Program-made: the position numbers and the translations under genes
The notes under the pieces: generated by a model
Told to the model about the DNA's origin: nothing
The model's database searches: none
Seen by the model: only the letters and a program-made list of their open reading frames with translations
DNA from: Zestosphaera tikiterensis
Lineage (GTDB): Archaea; Thermoproteota; Thermoprotei_A; Sulfolobales; NBVN01
Assembly (NCBI GenBank): GCA_003056265.1
Contig: NBVN01000002.1
Location: 120,001-152,000 of the forward strand
DNA length: 32,000 bases
Direction of reading: 5' to 3'
In this document: in pieces, positions 26,662 through 32,000 of the stretch
Layout of the letters: each line of letters begins with the position of its first letter
Numbering within the stretch: position 1 is the stretch's first letter

Positions 26662-27920
26662 ATAGGGTTTAAAAGCTTAACTTTCACGTAACTCCCTTCT
26701 TCATATCCTTCAACATTCTCATCAATAACTAAAACAGCATTGCCTTTAAGTAAAGTTGAAAGAATGCCTGAACCAGTGAGCCTTAAAGGAGTGATGTAAA
26801 CCTGACCATTATCCTCGTAAACAACAACTCTGAAGTAAGACTTAAACCCTACTACATTAGCTAACCTACGAGTTAACTTACCCTCAATAACGGACTCAGG
26901 CAATTTCCTCATGTTTAAGCGGTTCTCTATTAACGGTTTTAAGAAATTCTCTAAACCTACGAAAGCAGCGACCGGAAGACCGGATAGCATAAGCACGGGT
27001 TTTCCATCAATTAAAAACGCTCCAGCGGTTCTTCCAGGTCTTAAGTTAACTCCGTGAAAAATAAGCTCAGCTCCATTAAACTTGGATAGAACGTCAGGCA
27101 CGAGATCCTTACCGCCAACCGAAGTACCGCCGGTCACCACTACAACATCACACTTCCTTAAAGCCTTCTCAACAATATCTTTAATAGCAACTTCATCGTC
27201 TGGAACTATACCTAAATAAACGGGTTCACAACCTAATTCACTAACGTAAGCGGTGATTAGAGGTCCTGTTGAGTTCGGTATACCTGATTTATTACTTGCT
27301 TCATCAGCGAATTCATAAAGCTCATCCCCTACGTTAATCACGCAGACTTTAGGCTTTTCAAACACTTTAACCTCCTTATAACCTGATTCCACCAACGCAG
27401 CAATATGCCAAGGCCTAATTAAAGTCCCCTTAGATATGAGTAGCTCACCCTCCCTAAAATCCTCCCCTTTCCTACTTACGTTTTTAAACTTCTCCACCTG
27501 CTTGAATACGTAAACGTAGTTTCCCTCAATTAAAGCTTCTTCAAAAGGTATTACCGCATCGGAATTTTGAGGTAGTTGAGCGCCTGTATATACGATCGCT
27601 GCTTGGTTAACGTCAATACTTAAAGACTTACCGGAAATCACGTCTCCCGCTTCAACAACTCCAACTATCTCTAAGCGTATGGGGTTTGACTGAGAAGCAC
27701 CTACTACGTCTTCAGACCTAACAGCAACACCGTCTACAGCCGCTCTATCTTCCGGAGGGTAGTCACGTAATGCGTAGATATCCTCAGCTACGACCCTACC
27801 CAACGCATTATTTAAATGAACTATTTCAACACGTAAGTTAAGCTTCGCCCTTTGAAGAAGTTTCTCGCGTGCCTTATCAACATTCTCTAACTTTAGAAAA
27901 CCCACGTGTTTCTTACGCAT
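26622..27920 (-). CDS. moeA: Molybdopterin molybdenumtransferase MoeA
   Basis: MoeA architecture with VVVTGGTSVGGKDLVP and a C-terminal beta-barrel. The likely start is the ATG at 27920, preceded by GAGGT (the ORF track uses TTG at 27932). Confidence 0.88.
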   Translation of the reverse strand: MRKKHVGFLKLENVDKAREKLLQRAKLNLRVEIVHLNNALGRVVAEDIYALRDYPPEDRAAVDGVAVRSEDVVGASQSNPIRLEIVGVVEAGDVISGKSLSIDVNQAAIVYTGAQLPQNSDAVIPFEEALIEGNYVYVFKQVEKFKNVSRKGEDFREGELLISKGTLIRPWHIAALVESGYKEVKVFEKPKVCVINVGDELYEFADEASNKSGIPNSTGPLITAYVSELGCEPVYLGIVPDDEVAIKDIVEKALRKCDVVVVTGGTSVGGKDLVPDVLSKFNGAELIFHGVNLRPGRTAGAFLIDGKPVLMLSGLPVAAFVGLENFLKPLIENRLNMRKLPESVIEGKLTRRLANVVGFKSYFRVVVYEDNGQVYITPLRLTGSGILSTLLKGNAVLVIDENVEGYEEGSYVKVKLLNPIYEGRPEFLQNSL

Positions 27921-28040
27921 TACTAACCTCAACCCAAGTAAGACTTAAGTAGGAAGTTTATAAGGCACTATTAGTTAGGAATTACTTTAGCAACAGTAAC
28001 GGTTAAAAATAAAATATCCAAAATATTTTGGCGTGGGTAT

Positions 28041-28958
28041 ATGTATGAGGTCTTAAACGTCGATTACGAGAATACCTACATCGTTGATTGCGGTGCTTTA
28101 GGAGGGTTTGGCTGGCTCTCTACGTACTTATTTGTAGGTAGCGAGGCTTATGCGTTAGTGGATCCAGGACCTACCGTAGTTTCTGAATGCATCTTAAGGG
28201 TTGTTGAGGATTTGAAGCTAGCGAGGAAGCACGGATATTTAGTTTTAACGCATATTCACGTAGATCATGCGGGTTCCGTAGGTACTTTAGTTAAAAAGCT
28301 GAAGAACGTTAAAGTAGTCGCTCATCCTAAGGGTCTTAAGCATCTTATTAACCCACAAAGATTACGAGAAGCTACGAAGGGAGTTTTAGGGGATTTAGCT
28401 GAAGAATTTGGTGAAATGGAGCCTACACCAGAGGATAAAATAATAGCCTTAAACGATCACGACGTCGTAGGTTTAGGTGGTATTAGCTTAAAAGCTTACT
28501 ACACGCCGGGACATGCCTCACACCATATTTCGTACTTAGTGGAACCTTACAACTTATTGTTAGCGGGTGACTCAATAGCTAATTACCTTAATGGAGCTTT
28601 ATACCCGGTGACTGTGCCGCCCTTCAACCTTGAAAAGTATTTAGATAGTCTTGACAGGATGAGGGCTTTAAACCCACTTAAAATAGGTGTATCCCACTTT
28701 GGCTTAGTAGAGGAGCCTCAAACATTTATCCAGAAAGCTGAAGTTAAAGTACTTTCTTGGGTTAAAACTATAGATACACTGATAAAGAATGGTTTAACCA
28801 ACGTAAATGATATATATAATGAGATGCTTAAGTTAGACGCAGATTTAGCAAAAGCAAAAACTTTAGAGGAGGTTTTAAAGCCTTTAAGAGGATCTACATT
28901 CAGAGCTATCGCCGGTATTTACGAGTACATAACGTCTAAGAGCACAAGTAGAGTATAA
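28041..28958 (+). CDS. Metallo-beta-lactamase fold hydrolase
   Basis: THIHVDHAGS (HxHxDH), a later TPGHASHH, and DS...H. Confidence 0.85.
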   Translation: MYEVLNVDYENTYIVDCGALGGFGWLSTYLFVGSEAYALVDPGPTVVSECILRVVEDLKLARKHGYLVLTHIHVDHAGSVGTLVKKLKNVKVVAHPKGLKHLINPQRLREATKGVLGDLAEEFGEMEPTPEDKIIALNDHDVVGLGGISLKAYYTPGHASHHISYLVEPYNLLLAGDSIANYLNGALYPVTVPPFNLEKYLDSLDRMRALNPLKIGVSHFGLVEEPQTFIQKAEVKVLSWVKTIDTLIKNGLTNVNDIYNEMLKLDADLAKAKTLEEVLKPLRGSTFRAIAGIYEYITSKSTSRV

Positions 28959-29090
28959 CGTATTAATATAACTTTAAACACTTAGCTCATTATAGAGAAA
29001 ATGTTTTCACATGTAAGGCCTTGTTAAGGACTTACATAAGCTTTTGAAGTCGTTTAAGTTTTTATTGCTTTACGTAGAAAAAGATATTAG

Positions 29091-31658
29091 GTGATTAACT
29101 CGCCTAGCATAATCAAACCTGAAGAATTCTTCGGATTTAAAATAGGTGAGGATAGGAAATTAGCTCGATGGGATAAGATAGTTGAATACTTTAAACATCT
29201 CTCGTCAGCAAGCAATAGAATCCTTGTTGAAGAGCTGGGTAAAACCACTGAAGGGCAACCATTTATAGTGGCTTTCATTTCATCGCCGGAAAATCTATCC
29301 AGGCTAGAAGAAATAAGGAATATATCATGTAAGCTTAGCAACCCAGATAGAACCTTCACCGAAGCTGAGTTAAAGGAGTTGATTGAGAATGGTAAGGTAG
29401 TTGTAGTCATCACTAACAGCATGCATGCTACGGAAGTTGGAGGAACTCAAAGTTCTGTTGAACTTGCCTATAGGCTAGTTTCGTCGGATGATTCAGAGAT
29501 ACTTAATATACTTGAGAACGTTATTGTTATTCTAATACCTTCTCAAAACCCTGACGGGCAGGTAATGGTTGTTGACTGGTATAATAAAACTTTAGGGACA
29601 GAATATGAAGGAACGCCGCCACCGTGGTTATACCATAGGTACTGCGGTCATGACAATAATAGAGATGCTTATATGTTAAACCTTCCTGAAAGTTCTTTCA
29701 TAGCTAAGATAGTGTATAAGGATTGGTGCCCTCAAATCTACGTAGATCATCATCAAATGGGTTCGTATGGAGCACGGCTTTTCATCTCGCCTGAGATGGA
29801 TCCCATATATCCTGAGGTTGATCCTATATTATGGAGAGAAACGCAATTCGTAGGTTCTTACGTTACGGTGTGGCTTGAAAGAGCTGGAATAGCCGGCGTC
29901 GAAACGGGAGCGCCCTTCACCCCAGATTTTATATCAGCGTTTCAAACGATGGCTCAGTACATGAATATAATAGGGATTCTCACGGAATCGGCTTCCGTGA
30001 AGATAGCTACGCCTATATATGTAGATCCTCATCAGCTTAAGGGCTATAGTAGAGGTAGGCTAGCTGATAAACCATACATGAATTATCCAAACCCGTGGAA
30101 AGGCGGTTGGTGGAGGCTTTCAGACATAGTTAAACAGCAAATTGAGTCTTCCTTAGCTATATTAACGCTTGCTGCGAAACATAAAGGAGAGCTACTCAAG
30201 AACTCTTACTTGAAAGCCCTAAGGAGCATTATCAAAGGGAGAGAAAATCAACCCTACGCCTTCTTAATACCTAATGAACAGCACGACCCTCTAACAGCTC
30301 TAAAGCTGATAGACCTACTTCTTAAGTTGGGGGTTAAAGTCTTCAAAGCTACGCAGCAAGTTAAAGTAGGTGTTGCGACTTATGACGCAGGATGCTTTAT
30401 CATACCGTTATCTCAACCTAGACGGGCTTTAATAAGGAAGCTGTTGGAGCGGTTCCTATATCCAGATGATGAAACTACGAGAGATAGGGATGGTAAGCCT
30501 TTAAGGCCGTATGATATAGCTACCGATACAGTATCTGAGTTTATGGGCGTTAATGTCATTAGAGTTGATGAACCTCTAGAGAACGTTATGGTAGAGCCTA
30601 TAGCATACGTGTCTTTACCTGAGGTTAAATTAAATGAAAACGCTCGTGGATATCTTCTTGATCCAAGACTTAACGATACCTACGCAGTAGTTAATAAACT
30701 CTTAAGCTTAGGTATCCAAGTATATCGACTATTCGATAAAGTAAGCGTTAACGGAGCTAAACTGCCTGAAGGGGCTTTCTATATAGAAAAAACCAATGAA
30801 GCTCTGCAGGCGTTGCGTGAGGTGGCAAAGCCTTTAGGAGTTCAACCAATATCCGTTACGGAAAGCCTGAACGCAAACGTTAGGGAAGTTACCGTAGCTA
30901 AGGTAGGTATTTATCAAAGATTTTACGGAGGTAATATGGAAGAGGGTTGGATTAGATTCTTGCTAGATAAGTATGGTTTTCCATACATCTCTGTGAAAGA
31001 CGACTTAGTGAAAAGCGGTAAGATATCCGAAGAGCTTGACGTACTGCTTTTCCCCAACGATTTACTTCCATACATAACAGGCGAGAATATAGAGGAGGAG
31101 TTGAGTAAGAGGTTAGCTAGGCCTGTGAAATTACCTCCATGGCCTCCAGAATTTAAGAGTGGAATAGGTAGGGAAGGGCTGGATAAGGTAAGGGAGTTCG
31201 TCGAGAAAGGCGGTACTTTAGTGACTATGGGGGAGTCCGTTGAGTTAGCGATTAAAGCTTTAAACCTACCCGTAAGGGATCTTACAGAAGACTTAAAAGA
31301 TCCTAAGCAATACTTCTGCCCCGGCTCGACCTTAAAGATATTAGTGGATACTAAGCATCGGTTGGGTTTAGGCATGCCAGCTCAAGCGCTAGCTATGTTC
31401 ATTGACAAACCGATCCTTGAAGTGATTCCCTCATACCTAAATGAGAAGTTTAAAGTTGTAGCCAGATTCCCAGAGAAAGACATACTCCAGAGCGGATGGT
31501 TAATAGGTGAGAATTTCCTAAGTAGGAAACCAGCAGTTTTAGAAGCAGAAGTTAATAAAGGAAAAGCCGTTATGTACGCTATAAGGCCAGTATTCAGAGC
31601 GCAGACACATGGAACGTTTAAACTACTATTTAACGCGCTTTATAAATACAAATCCTAA
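29091..31658 (+). CDS. M14-family zinc carboxypeptidase-like protein with a long C-terminal extension (855 aa)
   Basis: HATEVGG (HxxE zinc ligands), SQNPDG, GHDNNRDAY and VDHHQMG. Confidence 0.8.
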   Translation: MINSPSIIKPEEFFGFKIGEDRKLARWDKIVEYFKHLSSASNRILVEELGKTTEGQPFIVAFISSPENLSRLEEIRNISCKLSNPDRTFTEAELKELIENGKVVVVITNSMHATEVGGTQSSVELAYRLVSSDDSEILNILENVIVILIPSQNPDGQVMVVDWYNKTLGTEYEGTPPPWLYHRYCGHDNNRDAYMLNLPESSFIAKIVYKDWCPQIYVDHHQMGSYGARLFISPEMDPIYPEVDPILWRETQFVGSYVTVWLERAGIAGVETGAPFTPDFISAFQTMAQYMNIIGILTESASVKIATPIYVDPHQLKGYSRGRLADKPYMNYPNPWKGGWWRLSDIVKQQIESSLAILTLAAKHKGELLKNSYLKALRSIIKGRENQPYAFLIPNEQHDPLTALKLIDLLLKLGVKVFKATQQVKVGVATYDAGCFIIPLSQPRRALIRKLLERFLYPDDETTRDRDGKPLRPYDIATDTVSEFMGVNVIRVDEPLENVMVEPIAYVSLPEVKLNENARGYLLDPRLNDTYAVVNKLLSLGIQVYRLFDKVSVNGAKLPEGAFYIEKTNEALQALREVAKPLGVQPISVTESLNANVREVTVAKVGIYQRFYGGNMEEGWIRFLLDKYGFPYISVKDDLVKSGKISEELDVLLFPNDLLPYITGENIEEELSKRLARPVKLPPWPPEFKSGIGREGLDKVREFVEKGGTLVTMGESVELAIKALNLPVRDLTEDLKDPKQYFCPGSTLKILVDTKHRLGLGMPAQALAMFIDKPILEVIPSYLNEKFKVVARFPEKDILQSGWLIGENFLSRKPAVLEAEVNKGKAVMYAIRPVFRAQTHGTFKLLFNALYKYKS

Positions 31659-32000
31659 ACTCTTAAATAAATAGGTTGGGATGTGAACGATACATCAATA
31701 ACTGGAACTGGTATGTTGAAGGTTTTTAACTGACGATAAAAATCTTAGAACGTCTGAAGCTGTGGTTAAAGTTCTTTTAATAGAATCTATAGCTAGACGA
31801 TGGGCTTATGCCCGTAAGCGTATGTTCAAGTCCTTACTTAGGAGATAAAGAAAGAGCATCATGAGCGTTTGTTAAGACATTAGATGCTTCATCTTAGAAA
31901 GCGTCTGAGCATAATACACTGATATTTGTTGAGAGTTTCGAGGCTCTGTGAGCTTTGAAGCAAGGTCAGAAGAGGACCAACATACATTGGAAGTCATCAT

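Noticed and set aside
29087-31375. Antisense ORFs within the M14-like gene (29087-29422, 30923-31375), and similar Ser/Leu-rich antisense ORFs inside rgy, XPB, iorA and pyrG
   Set aside because: They shadow long, well-supported genes on the opposite strand and have low-complexity translations.
1-32000. CRISPR arrays, cas genes, integrases or prophage-like blocks
   Set aside because: No regularly spaced direct repeats and no such genes were seen anywhere in the window.

Overview
The window looks like a hyperthermophilic crenarchaeal chromosome segment. It has a very GC-rich rRNA in an AT-rich genome, reverse gyrase, Alba, ThyX, an XPB helicase and archaeal-type rRNA introns. Positions 1-2800 are the 3' two-thirds of a 23S rRNA gene that is interrupted at least four times. 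Two introns carry LAGLIDADG homing-endonuclease ORFs. A 45-nt ORF-less insertion sits exactly in the I-DmoI homing site. A further ~51-nt hairpin insertion lies in the A-loop hairpin (H92). The rest is mostly housekeeping genes: surE, trmI-like, thyX, HAD phosphatases, albA, XPB, iorAB, pyrG, rgy, a cysteine-synthase family gene, a PHP phosphoesterase, ADP-forming acetyl-CoA synthetase alpha, moeA, an MBL hydrolase and an M14-like peptidase. One accessory event stands out: an IS200/IS605-type tnpB-only element (about 7670-9196, tnpB with two frameshifts) has split an MDP-1-like HAD phosphatase gene into two in-frame halves. I also found two good C/D box sRNA candidates, an unclassified GC-rich structured island (23205-23400), and two genes whose conserved N-termini have no canonical start codon. 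No CRISPR array and no tRNA were seen. All rRNA position numbers (E. coli numbering) come from an alignment done from memory and need checking.
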